From positions 1,344,884 to 1,408,883 of the forward strand of contig CAWGCS010000001.1 of NCBI GenBank assembly GCA_963821235.1: a DNA stretch of 64,000 nucleotides, read 5' to 3'. Source of the stretch: an uncultured Chloroflexia bacterium. Lineage in GTDB: Bacteria > Chloroflexota > Limnocylindria > Limnocylindrales > CSP1-4. This document shows, piece by piece, positions 1-9,372 of the stretch. A model generated the notes under the pieces. The model did not search any database, was not told the origin of the DNA, and saw nothing but the letters and a program-made list of their open reading frames with translations. The stretch's first letter is position 1. Every line of letters starts with the position of its first letter. Both the position numbers and the translations under genes were made by a program.

Positions 1-115
1 CCGCGTCGATCCCCCGCTCGTCCGCGAGGCTGATGGCGACGCGCAGCACCCGCTCCCTGGTCAGCGGCGTCCGCGGCCTCGCCTTCCGGGTCGTCGGCCT
101 CGTCAGCTCCGTCAT
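1..115 (-). CDS. TetR family transcriptional regulator, N-terminal 38 codons; gene continues beyond window start
   Basis: Reverse-complement from ATG at 115 gives MTELTRPTTRKARPRTPLTRERVLRVAISLADERGIDA, a typical TetR HTH N-terminus. Divergent from the oxidoreductase gene. Confidence 0.6.
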   Translation of the reverse strand, partial: MTELTRPTTRKARPRTPLTRERVLRVAISLADERGIDA

Positions 116-130
116 CCGTCCCCCATGCCC

Positions 131-183
131 TTGACAGGCTTACAGTGTAGTAGTAGCTTACGCCGTAGGCTTACAGTGTACAC
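131..183. promoter_or_regulatory. Divergent promoter/operator with a TTGACA hexamer and a 13-bp direct repeat
   Basis: TTGACA at 131-136. GGCTTACAGTGTA occurs twice (137-149 and 168-180). Palindrome GTGTACAC at 176-183. The site lies between the TetR gene and the oxidoreductase gene. Confidence 0.4.
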
Positions 184-209
184 GCCCAGGATGCATGGAG
201 GAAGGCGCG

Positions 210-1169
210 ATGAAGGCAATCGTCCAGAACCGGTACGGCTCGCCGGATGACCTGGAGCTCCGCGAGATCGACAGGCCCGTCGTCGGGGCCGACGACGTCC
301 TGGTCCGGGTCCGGGCAGCGTCCATCACCGCCGCCGACTGTCACATCGTCAGAGGCAGCCCGTACTTCATGCGCCTGGCAACGGGTCTGCGCAGGCCGAA
401 GGAGCCCGTCTCCGGCACCGACGTGGCCGGTGAGGTCGAGGCGGTCGGGACGAACGTGACGACGCTCCAGCCGGGTGATGCGGTGTTCGGCTGGTGCCAC
501 GGTGCGCTCGCCGAGTACGCCTGTGCGCGTGCGGACCACTTCGTGCGCAAGCCGGCGAGCCTCACCTTCGAGCAGGCCTCGACCATCCCCGAGGCCGGGT
601 GCACCGCGCTCCAGGGCCTTCGCGACCAGGGCCGCGTCCAGGCGGGGCAGAAGGTCCTGATCATCGGTGCGTCGGGCGGCGTGGGGACGTTCGCCGTGCA
701 GCTCGCGAAGGCCTTCGGAGCCGAGGTGACCGGCGTCTGCAGCGCGGGGAACGTGGAGCTGGTCCGGTCCATCGGCGCGGACCACGTCATCGACTACACG
801 CGGGAGGACGTCACCCGGGGCCAGCAGCGCTACGACGTCATCCTCCAGCTGGCGGGCACCCAATCGCCGTCGGCGCTCCGGCGTGCGCTCACCCCGACGG
901 GAACGCTCGTCCTGAGCAGCGGCCAGGGCCGCTTCTCGGGCATCGATCGCATCGTCAAGGCGTTCGTGGCGTCACCGTTCGTCCGCCAGCGGCACGCGGT
1001 CTGGGTCGCGATCCCGAACAACGAGAACCTCGTGACGCTCAAGGAGCTCATCGACGCCGGCAAGGTCACGCCGATCATCGACCGGAGCTACCCCCTGCGC
1101 GAGGCCCCGGCGGCCGTCGGCTACGTCGAGGCGGGACACACGCGGGGCAGGGTCGCGATCGCCGTCTGA
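210..1169 (+). CDS. Zn-dependent NAD(P)H:quinone oxidoreductase / MDR-family alcohol dehydrogenase
   Basis: ORF track 195..1169. MKAIVQNRYG start at 210 follows a GGAGGAAGG Shine-Dalgarno. GAVFGW.HGALAEY and the IIGASGGVGTFAVQLAK Rossmann motif are present. Confidence 0.85.
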   Translation: MKAIVQNRYGSPDDLELREIDRPVVGADDVLVRVRAASITAADCHIVRGSPYFMRLATGLRRPKEPVSGTDVAGEVEAVGTNVTTLQPGDAVFGWCHGALAEYACARADHFVRKPASLTFEQASTIPEAGCTALQGLRDQGRVQAGQKVLIIGASGGVGTFAVQLAKAFGAEVTGVCSAGNVELVRSIGADHVIDYTREDVTRGQQRYDVILQLAGTQSPSALRRALTPTGTLVLSSGQGRFSGIDRIVKAFVASPFVRQRHAVWVAIPNNENLVTLKELIDAGKVTPIIDRSYPLREAPAAVGYVEAGHTRGRVAIAV

Positions 1170-1215
1170 CGGTCGTCCCGAGCGCTCGGCCCGCGGGAGC
1201 GTCCGACCGCTATCC

Positions 1216-2160
1216 TTGGCCCGACCCTCGCTGGCAATGGCGGAAGAGCATCGCAGGACACGTCGCATGCGGCGCCTCCACCTCTTCGAGTTCACCGATC
1301 TGCCCTGGTACCCGCAGGCCCTTCGTCGCATCCAGACGGACTACCTGCAATTCGTGGCCACGCGCGGCACGGGGCAGGCGGGCCTGGTGCCGCTGCTGGT
1401 CAAGGCCATGCGGCACGCCGGGACGACCGAGATCGTCGATCTCTGCTCTGGCGGCGCCGGCCCCTGGAGGCGCCTCCAGCCGCAGCTCGCCGAGGCGGGA
1501 TGGCCTGTCCGCGTCAAGCTGACCGACAAGTACCCCCATCCCGCCGCGCTGTGCCAGTGGGGGGCAGCGTCGCAGCCGGGTGTCGAGTACGTCCCCGATC
1601 CGGTGGACGCGCTGGACGTGCCGGCCTCGCTGACGGGCATGCGCACGCTCTTCGAGGGGTTCCATCACTTCGCGCCGCGGGAGGCGAGATCGATCCTGCG
1701 GGACGCGTTCGAGAAGCGTCTCGCCATCGGCATCTTCGACGTCCGGGTGCCGCCCCGCCTCGGGCCCGCGCTGCTGGTGCTGGCGCCCGTCAGCACGCTG
1801 CTCGGCTACCTGCTCCTCACCCCGTTCATCACCCCTCGGTCCTGGTCCCGCGTCCTGTGGACCTACCTGGTACCCGTCGTGCCGCTCGCGACGTGCTGGG
1901 ACGGGGTCGTCTCGCTCCTGCGCGCCTACTCGCCGCGGGACCTGGAGGCGATGTGCGGGCGGCTGAAGGCACCCGACTACGCCTGGGAGATCGGCACGGC
2001 CTCCACGGGCACGCCGGTCTTCGAGTACGTCTCCCTGGTGGGCTACCCGATCAGATCGCCCTGGACGACTGGGAATGTCAGGGACGCGGTCGGCGCTGCG
2101 CGAAGCGCGGCGCCCACAGCCCGATGCCGACGCCGAACGCGACATGGCCGAGGAGCATGA
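1216..2160 (+). CDS. Hypothetical protein, possibly SAM-dependent methyltransferase-like; 3' end uncertain
   Basis: 314-aa ORF. IVDLCSGGAGPW resembles methyltransferase motif I. The C-terminal ~30 aa look non-coding and overlap a minus-strand gene. Confidence 0.4.
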   Translation: MARPSLAMAEEHRRTRRMRRLHLFEFTDLPWYPQALRRIQTDYLQFVATRGTGQAGLVPLLVKAMRHAGTTEIVDLCSGGAGPWRRLQPQLAEAGWPVRVKLTDKYPHPAALCQWGAASQPGVEYVPDPVDALDVPASLTGMRTLFEGFHHFAPREARSILRDAFEKRLAIGIFDVRVPPRLGPALLVLAPVSTLLGYLLLTPFITPRSWSRVLWTYLVPVVPLATCWDGVVSLLRAYSPRDLEAMCGRLKAPDYAWEIGTASTGTPVFEYVSLVGYPIRSPWTTGNVRDAVGAARSAAPTARCRRRTRHGRGA

Positions 2161-2530
2161 TCCGGGCCAGCCGCGCCGCGTCGCCGGACCGGAGACCGAG
2201 CCAGCCGTAGCCCATCGACGGGAACATGACGAGGAGCGGCAGCGCGGACGTCGCGATGCCGAAGGCCGTGGCCGCCGCGACGCTCGAGCGCTCCCTCCGA
2301 CACCGCAGGAGCAGCAGGTACGCCTCGGTGAGGGCGATGCCCGTGGCGTAGTGGGTGAGGACGCCCAGGGCGAGCTCCCCGCGCCGGGCCGGCTCGCTCC
2401 TGATGTCACCGTGGCGCCACCGTCCGCGCGCCAGGTCGGCTGCCCAGCGGCCGATCATGTCCGGCCCGAGCCGGTCCGAGGTGAAGGCGCTCCCGCCCAG
2501 GCGTTCGGCGCCCACCATCGCCACGTCCAT
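2078..2530 (-). CDS. DUF2938-like small membrane protein
   Basis: Start at MDVAMVGAERLGG (aa 29 of the track ORF). Hydrophobic segments LPLLVMFPSMGYGWLGL and LLGHVAFGVGIGLW. Confidence 0.45.
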   Translation of the reverse strand: MDVAMVGAERLGGSAFTSDRLGPDMIGRWAADLARGRWRHGDIRSEPARRGELALGVLTHYATGIALTEAYLLLLRCRRERSSVAAATAFGIATSALPLLVMFPSMGYGWLGLRSGDAARLARIMLLGHVAFGVGIGLWAPRFAQRRPRP

Positions 2531-2630
2531 GGTGACGGTCGCCAGCACGCCTGCCGGAACGCCGGCCGGAACGCCGGCCGGAGGACCGCTCGAACCCGTG
2601 CGAGGCGCGCTCATGCCCTGCGGTGATCCT

Positions 2631-3539
2631 TCAGCTGCGTGGCGTGGTCGCGAGGGGTCGCTCCTCGCCGAGCACCACCTTGACTTGCTCGGCGACCCGG
2701 CAGCCGATCGCCCTGCACTTCGCGATGCTGTCGCCCTCGACGTACCTCGACACGCCGTTCGGGTCCGCGAAGTCGCAGCCGGTGATCGTCTGGCACTGGG
2801 TGCTCCCGAACTCGCTCGCGAACCACTTCGAGAGCCGGTATCCGCGGTTCATGCTCGGGTTGAACTTGTTGAGGCGGTCGTCGAAGGCATCTCCGCCGAC
2901 CGTCATGGTCGCAAGCAGCCGGATCACCCGCAGGCGGCTGTCCTCGATCTCACCGGCCTTCAGGCCGATCGCCATCACGCCGGCGGCGAGCGCGCCACAG
3001 GTCCCGCCCATGAACAGCGTCCCGCCCATGAAGGCCGAGGTGGCGTCGAAGAGCTCCCGGTCTTCGGTGGGGGAGTAGCCCAGATGGATGAGCACGGACT
3101 GGGCGCAGTGGAAGCCGTTGTCGGCCAGGTGCGCGTACAGCCGCGCATGGCCCGCCCGTGTGCCCGGCGGGATGGCGTCCCGCGGGCCGCCGTCGAGAGC
3201 GTCTCGAAGGAGCTCCGGCGAGCGCAGGACCGGCCCGATGCAATGCCTCGGGAAGCGGTCCTTCCCGCGGATCTCCCGGCACTGCAGCGTGCGGTGGCAG
3301 GCGACGAAGGTTCGGCAGAGCGCCTGCCCCTGGTCGAAGGTCACCGGGAGGCCACGATCGACCTCGCGCAGGCCGTGGTGGATGCCCAGCATCACGAGGG
3401 GTGAGGTGACCGCCCCGCATTCGTGCCCGGTGTTGCCGATGCCCCCTGGCATGCCAGCGCTGAGCCTGACCAGCCACTCCTTCTCCGTCGACGAGACGTC
3501 CAGGAGTGTCTGCATCACGGTCGGAGCGCAGTGGCCCAT
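2631..3539 (-). CDS. C_GCAxxG_C_C family protein
   Basis: MGHCAPTVMQTLL N-terminus; internal GHECGAVTSP and GGTCGALAAG motifs. Start taken at aa 29 of ORF 2631..3623. Confidence 0.6.
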   Translation of the reverse strand: MGHCAPTVMQTLLDVSSTEKEWLVRLSAGMPGGIGNTGHECGAVTSPLVMLGIHHGLREVDRGLPVTFDQGQALCRTFVACHRTLQCREIRGKDRFPRHCIGPVLRSPELLRDALDGGPRDAIPPGTRAGHARLYAHLADNGFHCAQSVLIHLGYSPTEDRELFDATSAFMGGTLFMGGTCGALAAGVMAIGLKAGEIEDSRLRVIRLLATMTVGGDAFDDRLNKFNPSMNRGYRLSKWFASEFGSTQCQTITGCDFADPNGVSRYVEGDSIAKCRAIGCRVAEQVKVVLGEERPLATTPRS

Positions 3540-3780
3540 CCTCAGGAGGTTGGAGAAGCCCCGCCGCCGGTAGGCCCAGTTCGGACGCGGTCGAGGTCTC
3601 TCGGGCTGATGCTGCGTTTCCATCAGGTCTTCCGTCTGGATCCGAAGCCTTCATGGGACGCCCGCCGCCGATGACCGTAGGCGCTCGTCGCGGGCCTGGC
3701 GAGGGCCGAAGGGCACGGCCGTTCCACGGGCAATCGAGGAGCGGGCACAGCCGCCAAGCGAGCCCGGCGCGCGCCTGGCG

Positions 3781-5001
3781 TCAGGGCGTCGGCTGCAGGG
3801 CGGCGGCCGTGACGCCACGGGCGAGTAGCACGGGGTGCGACCCGTCGGCCTCGACCTGCCAGAGGTCCGGCCGCCAGGCCTGATCGGATGAGCCGGACGC
3901 GGTCGAGGCGTTCGGCTTCAGGACGAGCAGCGCTCCGTCCGGCGTCCAGCCCGCAAGGTCCTGCCATCCCGGCCCCGGCAGCACGGCCGTGGCACCGCCG
4001 TCGGACAGCGGCAGCGTGTCGACCATCACGTTCCCGTCGGCGGCCTCGCGGGACCATGCCAGCCGGGTGCCGTCCGGCGACCACGCCACGGGGTATCCGC
4101 CGGCCGTCGTTCCGTCGATGCGCTCGCCCGTGGCGGCGTCGAAGATCTCGATGGTCTGCGGCTCGGGACAGTAGGGGACCTCCCAGCAGAGCGCCGCGAT
4201 CGACCGTCCGTCCGGCGACCAGGCGGGGTGCGAGAGGCCGCGATACTCGTACGGCGTCAGCACCACCGGGTCGCCCCCATCCAGGGGAACCACGAGGAGC
4301 GCCTGCAGCGCCGTCGACCCGAGCGCCTCGCGGTGGCCAATGACCACGATCCGCGTGTCGTCCGGAGACCACTCCGGCGCCAGCACGAAACTGATGCGCA
4401 GGTCGGTCCGCCGCGTGCTCGAACCGGTGTCGAGGTCAGCGATGGCGAGGTCGTTACCCCAGTCATCCAACCACGCAAGGCGGTGCCCGCGATGCGACCA
4501 CGTTGCGTCCCCCGCCTCGCCGATCGAGTGGTCCGTCGTCCAGGCAACCGACCCGTCGGGCCGGAAAGCGGTCATCCGCGCGACGCCCAGGGCCGCGTTG
4601 TCGCCCTGCAGATGGAAGTCCTGCTGCACGAGCAGGAGCGCGCCGTCGGAGGACCACGAGAGCCGCGTGTAGGTGCCGGTGTCCGCCAGGCGCCGGACGA
4701 GCGAGCCGTCCCGGTGGGCGAGGTAGATGCCGTCCGCCCGTGCCACGGCCAGCCACGGCTCGCGGTGTTGGAGCAGGGCGCCGGCCACCACCGCACCCGC
4801 GAGGAGCGCGAGGAGCAGCCCCGCGAACGCGAGCGCCCAGGCCCGCCGGCCGGTCCAGGCCGTGAGGCCCAGCCGGCGCGGCGGCCGGGCGGCGATCGCA
4901 GCCCGCGCGATGGCCGAGGCGTCGAAGGGGCGCGACCCCGCGGCGGCCCGAGCCTGGAGGCGGCGCTCCAGCGCGGTCTCGAAGTCGAGTTGGTCAGACA
5001 T
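3781..5001 (-). CDS. Anti-sigma factor with transmembrane segment and TolB-like beta-propeller domain
   Basis: Start MSDQLDF at aa 175 of ORF 3781..5523. It overlaps the upstream sigma stop by 8 nt (ATGTCTGA). TM LAFAGLLLALLAGAVVAGALL. Repeated WSxDG / WSPDG motifs. Confidence 0.7.
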   Translation of the reverse strand: MSDQLDFETALERRLQARAAAGSRPFDASAIARAAIAARPPRRLGLTAWTGRRAWALAFAGLLLALLAGAVVAGALLQHREPWLAVARADGIYLAHRDGSLVRRLADTGTYTRLSWSSDGALLLVQQDFHLQGDNAALGVARMTAFRPDGSVAWTTDHSIGEAGDATWSHRGHRLAWLDDWGNDLAIADLDTGSSTRRTDLRISFVLAPEWSPDDTRIVVIGHREALGSTALQALLVVPLDGGDPVVLTPYEYRGLSHPAWSPDGRSIAALCWEVPYCPEPQTIEIFDAATGERIDGTTAGGYPVAWSPDGTRLAWSREAADGNVMVDTLPLSDGGATAVLPGPGWQDLAGWTPDGALLVLKPNASTASGSSDQAWRPDLWQVEADGSHPVLLARGVTAAALQPTP

Positions 5002-5545
5002 GGTCCAGCTCCGTCCGGAGGCGCGCGAGGAGTCGACCCAGGCGGGCCCGCGTCCCGGAAGCCGAGCGACCGGTGGCACGGGCGAGCTCGAAGGAGTTGA
5101 AGCCCGCGACGTAGCGCAACGCGAGGAGCGCGCGGTCGTCCGGGTCCAGCCGGGCGAGGGCGTTGGCGAGGTCGAGGTCGGCGTCGTGCGTCGCGAGATC
5201 GAAGCCGTCGGCGGCGAGGTCCGCCGCCACCTGGATCTCCACGACAGGGTGCCGGCGCCGTGACCGCGCCAGGCCGCGGGCCTCGTTGGCCGCGATCGAG
5301 ACCAGCCACGAGCGGAGCTTCTCGGGCTCCCGCAGGCTGTCGAGCCGGCGCCAGGCCAGCGACCAGGCGGCGGCCGTGGCGTCGTCGGCGAGGTCGAGGT
5401 CCCCGGTGACGATGCAGGCGACCCGCTCCATGGCGTCGTGGTGGGCCGCGACGATCCGGGCGAACGCGGCCTCGTCGCCCGCCAGCGCGCGTTCCACGAG
5501 CGCGGCGGCCGGTCGGCTGTCAAGCTCGCCGATGTGGGTCGTCAT
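4994..5545 (-). CDS. ECF (sigma-70 family) RNA polymerase sigma factor
   Basis: 183 aa. Region 2 (DAMERVACIVTGDLDLADDATAAAW) and region 4 (LDPDDRALLALRYVAGFNSFELARATG) motifs. Confidence 0.85.
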   Translation of the reverse strand: MTTHIGELDSRPAAALVERALAGDEAAFARIVAAHHDAMERVACIVTGDLDLADDATAAAWSLAWRRLDSLREPEKLRSWLVSIAANEARGLARSRRRHPVVEIQVAADLAADGFDLATHDADLDLANALARLDPDDRALLALRYVAGFNSFELARATGRSASGTRARLGRLLARLRTELDHV

Positions 5546-5636
5546 ACCCCGCTGATGGTGCGACGGTCCCCGGCTGATTCATACCGGCATCCAGACTCTC
5601 ACCGGGGACCGTTCGGCGCGAACTCGGACGATCGGG

Positions 5637-6878
5637 TCACCCGTGCGGCAGACCCCCGTACAGCGTGATCGCCCACTCGGGGAGCGTGCCGCTCACGCTC
5701 ATCCCCTGCACCGGCACCAGCACGACCACCGCCGTCCTGGTGCTCGGCCAGACCAGGAGGATGGAGGAGTACTGGATGTAGTCGCCCAGGTGCCCCACCA
5801 CGATCTCGCCGCCGCCGAGGTCGGCGACCATGGTCCCGAAGCCGTAGCCGTGCTCGGCGGCGGGGTCGCCGTCGGTCATCGTCGCGACCAGGTCGCCGTC
5901 GATGATCCGGCCCCCGTACAGCAGGTAGCCCCATCGCGCCAGGCTCGGCGCGTCGGCGGCCATGCCGGCCCCGCCCTGGCCGATGGAGGCCGAGGCGAGC
6001 GACGGCAGGTAGCCGCTGGCCGGGTCGACGACCTTGCCGTCGGTGCGGTCCACGGCCACGGTCAGCGGCGGCTGCGGCTGCTCGGCGACCTGCATCCAGA
6101 TCCGGTCCAGCCCGGCGGGCGCCAGGAGGTCGCGGCGCAGCACGGCGGCCAGCGGCTCGCCGGTCACCTTCTCGATGACCATCCCCAGCACGTAGTAGTT
6201 GATCCCGTTGTACATGCCGGGACCTCCGAGGGTCCCCACCCGCGGCTGATCCTTGGCGAGGGCGACGATCTCCTCGGCGGTCCACGCGCGGGCCAGGTCC
6301 TTGGGGACCTGCTTGTTCAGGGCCTCGTCGGGGACCCCGGGGAACCCGCTCGTCATCGTGGCCAGCTGGCGGATCGTGGCGCCGTCCGTCTCGAACGGCA
6401 GGCTCACGTACTGGGTCACCGGCGCGTCGAGGTCGATTCCCTCATGGGAGGCCAGGAGCAGGACCTCGGCCGCGACGAACGTCTTGGTCGCGCTCGCGAT
6501 CGAGAATGCCGAGGTGGGCTCGATGGCCGTGCCCGCAGCATCCACGCCGGCGGCGCCGGCCCATGACCCGTCCGGCGAGACCACGGCCGCGGACAGCCCG
6601 ATCACCTTGCCGCCGGACACCCACCCGTCCAGCATCGCCTGCAAGGCCGAGACCGTCGCGCCGGGCAGGGCCGCGTCGCTCGGCGCATCCCACGCGGAAG
6701 GCGACGTTGGCGACGCGGCGGGCGTGGCGGCGGGGGTTGCCGTCGCGACCGGGGCGACGCTCGCCGGGGCCGGAGTCGTCGACGACGGAGCGATCGTCGC
6801 CCCGGCGGCGCAGCCCGCCAGCAGGACCACGACGGTCAAGCCGACGAGGAGACGCCTCGTCGAGGAGTGCTCATGCAT
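5637..6878 (-). CDS. Serine hydrolase, beta-lactamase/transpeptidase family lipoprotein
   Basis: Signal peptide with lipobox LLAGCAAG. S-x-x-K motif in SIASATKTF. 413 aa. Confidence 0.8.
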   Translation of the reverse strand: MHEHSSTRRLLVGLTVVVLLAGCAAGATIAPSSTTPAPASVAPVATATPAATPAASPTSPSAWDAPSDAALPGATVSALQAMLDGWVSGGKVIGLSAAVVSPDGSWAGAAGVDAAGTAIEPTSAFSIASATKTFVAAEVLLLASHEGIDLDAPVTQYVSLPFETDGATIRQLATMTSGFPGVPDEALNKQVPKDLARAWTAEEIVALAKDQPRVGTLGGPGMYNGINYYVLGMVIEKVTGEPLAAVLRRDLLAPAGLDRIWMQVAEQPQPPLTVAVDRTDGKVVDPASGYLPSLASASIGQGGAGMAADAPSLARWGYLLYGGRIIDGDLVATMTDGDPAAEHGYGFGTMVADLGGGEIVVGHLGDYIQYSSILLVWPSTRTAVVVLVPVQGMSVSGTLPEWAITLYGGLPHG

Positions 6879-6915
6879 CCTTGATCCTCCTGGGACGCAT
6901 GCGCGCGGGTTGGTC

Positions 6916-7077
6916 TCAGTCCCCTGGTGCCGAAGGCCCGGTCGGGCCGAACGGGCCGGTTGCCGGGTCGTAGATCTCGGCGGAGGTGGGGCACTCCGAA
7001 CCGTTGAAGCCTCCGGTGACGAGGACGCGGCCGTCGGGGAGCCGCGTGGCCGTGTGGGTGCTGTGAGCGGTCGTCAT
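6916..7077 (-). pseudogene. Orphan Kelch-repeat blade in frame with the upstream Kelch gene, separated from it by a TAG
   Basis: Translates to MTTAHSTHTATRLPDGRVLVTGGFNGSECPTSAEIYDPATGPFGPTGPSAPGD, matching the internal repeats of 7105..8496. It is in the same reading frame, 27 nt after that gene's TAG. Confidence 0.5.
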
Positions 7078-7104
7078 CGAGCCCTGCGGACTGAAGGTGC
7101 TGGC

Positions 7105-8496
7105 CTAGGGGGTGAAGATGTCGGCGGAGGCCAGTACCTCCGAGCCGTTGAAGCCCCCCGCACGTAGGACACGCCCGTCGGGGAGCAGCGTGGCTGTGAA
7201 ACCGGTGCGATTGGTGGCCACCCGGCCCGTCGGGCCAAACACGCCGGTCGCCGGCTCGTAGATCTCGGCGGAGAAGACCTCCGCCCAGACCGTGTACGCC
7301 GACAGGCCTCCGGCGACGAGGACGCGGCCGTCAGGAAGCAGCAGCGCCGTGGCCGAGCCGCGGCCGGTCGTCATCGGGCCGGTCGGGCTGAACGTTCCGG
7401 TCGTCGGGTCGTACAGCTCGGCTGCGACAAGGCCGTGCGTCGACTCCTCGAAGCCTCCGGCGATGAGGACGCGGCCGTCGCGGAGCAGGGTGGCCGCGTG
7501 CGCGTAGCGAGCGGTCGTCATCGAACCGGTCGGGGCGAAGCTGCCCGTCATCGGGTCGTACAGCTCGGCGCTGTCGAGAGCCAGCCACACGTAGCCAGTG
7601 GCCTCCAGGTAGCCACCTGGGGAGCCACCGACGACGAGGACGCGGCCGTCGGGGAGCAGCGAGGCCGTGTGGTGGCCGCGAGCGGTCGTCATCGAGCCGG
7701 TCGGGGCAAAGGTGCCGGTCTTCGGGTCGTAGATCTCGGCCGAGGCGAGCGGAGCCGCGTAGTAGATCTCGGCGCCATACCCTCCGGTCACGAGGACGCG
7801 ACCGTCGGGGAGGAGCGTGGCCGTGTGGTTCTCGCGGGCCGTCGTCATCGAGCCGGTCGGGCCGAACGTGCCGGTCCTCGGGTCGTACAGCTCGGCCGTG
7901 GCAACCACTCCCTCGGAGCCCGGAGTCGAGCCCCCCGCAAGGAGGACGCGACCGTCGAGGAGGAGCGTTGCCGTGTGTCTCTCGCGTGCGGTCACCATCT
8001 GGCCGGTCGGGCCGAAGGTGCCGGTCCTGGGGTCGTACAGCTCGGCGCTGTCGTTGATCCCTGGCTCAGGGGTGCCCCCGGCCATGCCTCCGGCGACGAG
8101 AACCCGGCCATCCGGGAGCAGCGTGGCCGTGTGCCACATGCGAGCGCTCGCCATCGCGCCGGTCGTGGCCGTCGTCCACCACGGCGAGGGTGATGGGGCC
8201 GGCGTCGGACTGGTCGCGGGTGTCTGCGGCACGACAACGACCGCCTGGTCCGGACGCCAGGACCCCGTCATCAAGCCTCCAACACCGAGTGCCGCGAGCA
8301 GCCCGACGAGCAGCAGGAGCCAGGCCATCGCCGGCGTCAGCCGGAAGCCCAGGTGGCCGGTGAGGCCTCGACCGTGCGGGTAGGCCAGGGCGAACCGGTG
8401 GGCGACCTCCGTCGCTCGGACCTCGGTCGGCGCGTTCTCGAGGTAGGCGCGGAAGGCGGCGGCGAGGTCGAGCTCGGAGGGATCGCGCTCAGCCAT
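7105..8496 (-). CDS. Anti-sigma factor with seven-blade Kelch beta-propeller
   Basis: Start MAERDPSEL overlaps the sigma stop (ATGGCTGA). TM AMAWLLLLVGLLAALGVGGL. Pro/Thr linker, then 7 repeats of LLPDGRVLVxGG...YDPxTGTF. Confidence 0.7.
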   Translation of the reverse strand: MAERDPSELDLAAAFRAYLENAPTEVRATEVAHRFALAYPHGRGLTGHLGFRLTPAMAWLLLLVGLLAALGVGGLMTGSWRPDQAVVVVPQTPATSPTPAPSPSPWWTTATTGAMASARMWHTATLLPDGRVLVAGGMAGGTPEPGINDSAELYDPRTGTFGPTGQMVTARERHTATLLLDGRVLLAGGSTPGSEGVVATAELYDPRTGTFGPTGSMTTARENHTATLLPDGRVLVTGGYGAEIYYAAPLASAEIYDPKTGTFAPTGSMTTARGHHTASLLPDGRVLVVGGSPGGYLEATGYVWLALDSAELYDPMTGSFAPTGSMTTARYAHAATLLRDGRVLIAGGFEESTHGLVAAELYDPTTGTFSPTGPMTTGRGSATALLLPDGRVLVAGGLSAYTVWAEVFSAEIYEPATGVFGPTGRVATNRTGFTATLLPDGRVLRAGGFNGSEVLASADIFTP

Positions 8497-9085
8497 CGCG
8501 GAGCTCCTTCCTGAGGCGGTCGATGGCCCGCGACAGGCGCTTGCGCGCGGTGGCCGGCGAGGTGCCGACGGCGGCCGCGAGCTCGTCCGGGCCAAGGTCG
8601 ACCGCATAGTGCATGGCGAGGAGGGTCCGGTCGTCGGGCGAGAGGTGGCCGAGCGCTCGCCGGAGGTCGATCCGCTCGACGCCGCGGGACGGGTCGCCGC
8701 GGGGGTCGCCCGGGGCCTCGACGTCGATCTCGACGACCGGTCCGTGGCGGCGGCGGAGGAGCTGGCGGGCCTCGTTCGCGGTCACCGCGATCAGCCACGG
8801 CCGGACCCGGTCGGGGTCGCGCAGGGTATGGAGCTTCCTCCAGGCGATGAGCCAGGCCGCCTGGACCGCGTCCTCGGCCAGCTCCCGGTCGCCGCACGCG
8901 GCGAAGGCGACCCGGGCCATGTCGGCGTGGTAGGCGACGACCAGCTGGGCGAAGGCCGCCTCGTCGCCCGCCCCCGCGAGGATGACCGTGGAGGCGACTG
9001 CCGGACTGCCCATCGCCTGGCCGTTCATGCCCTGTAGATGCGTCCGGGGGCAGATGCGGGACAGGCGTGCCGCGATTTCGCTCAT
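8489..9085 (-). CDS. ECF sigma factor; start codon uncertain (9085, 9028 or 9013)
   Basis: Region 2 AYHADMARVAFAACGDRELAEDAVQAAW and region 4 LSPDDRTLLAMHYAVDLGPDELAAAVG. Confidence 0.8.
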   Translation of the reverse strand: MSEIAARLSRICPRTHLQGMNGQAMGSPAVASTVILAGAGDEAAFAQLVVAYHADMARVAFAACGDRELAEDAVQAAWLIAWRKLHTLRDPDRVRPWLIAVTANEARQLLRRRHGPVVEIDVEAPGDPRGDPSRGVERIDLRRALGHLSPDDRTLLAMHYAVDLGPDELAAAVGTSPATARKRLSRAIDRLRKELRDG

Positions 9086-9372
9086 ATGATCTCGAGCACC
9101 GCAGAGCGGGCGCCAGGCCACCGCCCAGGAGGCGTGGTCGTCACCCTCAGCTGATGGTGGCAGGGTGCCGTCCCGATTCCTACTGGCATCCGGACTATCC
9201 GCGACCGGGACCAAGCCGCGCCCGCGAGGCGGATCAGTCGCCCGAGCTCCTCCGCCCACCCGCGACGACGAGCCGCGTAGGATCGCCGTGCGAGCGCGAC
9301 GGTTTGACTGACGTCGTCGGGCAGGACCTGTCGTCGCGACCAGACCGATCGACCAGCGCAAGGGGGAACGGC

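Noticed and set aside
171-863. 230-aa minus-strand ORF antisense to the quinone oxidoreductase
   Set aside because: Arg/Gly/Pro-rich translation typical of a high-GC antisense frame, fully overlapping a motif-supported gene.
1210-2409. 399-aa minus-strand ORF
   Set aside because: Low-complexity Arg/Ser/Pro composition; antisense to the 1216-2160 ORF.
2552-2590. Tandem repeat of CGGAACGCCGGC (three copies)
   Set aside because: Short in-frame tandem repeat inside the N-terminal extension of the 2078-2614 ORF; likely a slippage artefact of no functional significance.
2355-3404. 349-aa plus-strand ORF
   Set aside because: Antisense to the C_GCAxxG_C_C gene; no motifs.
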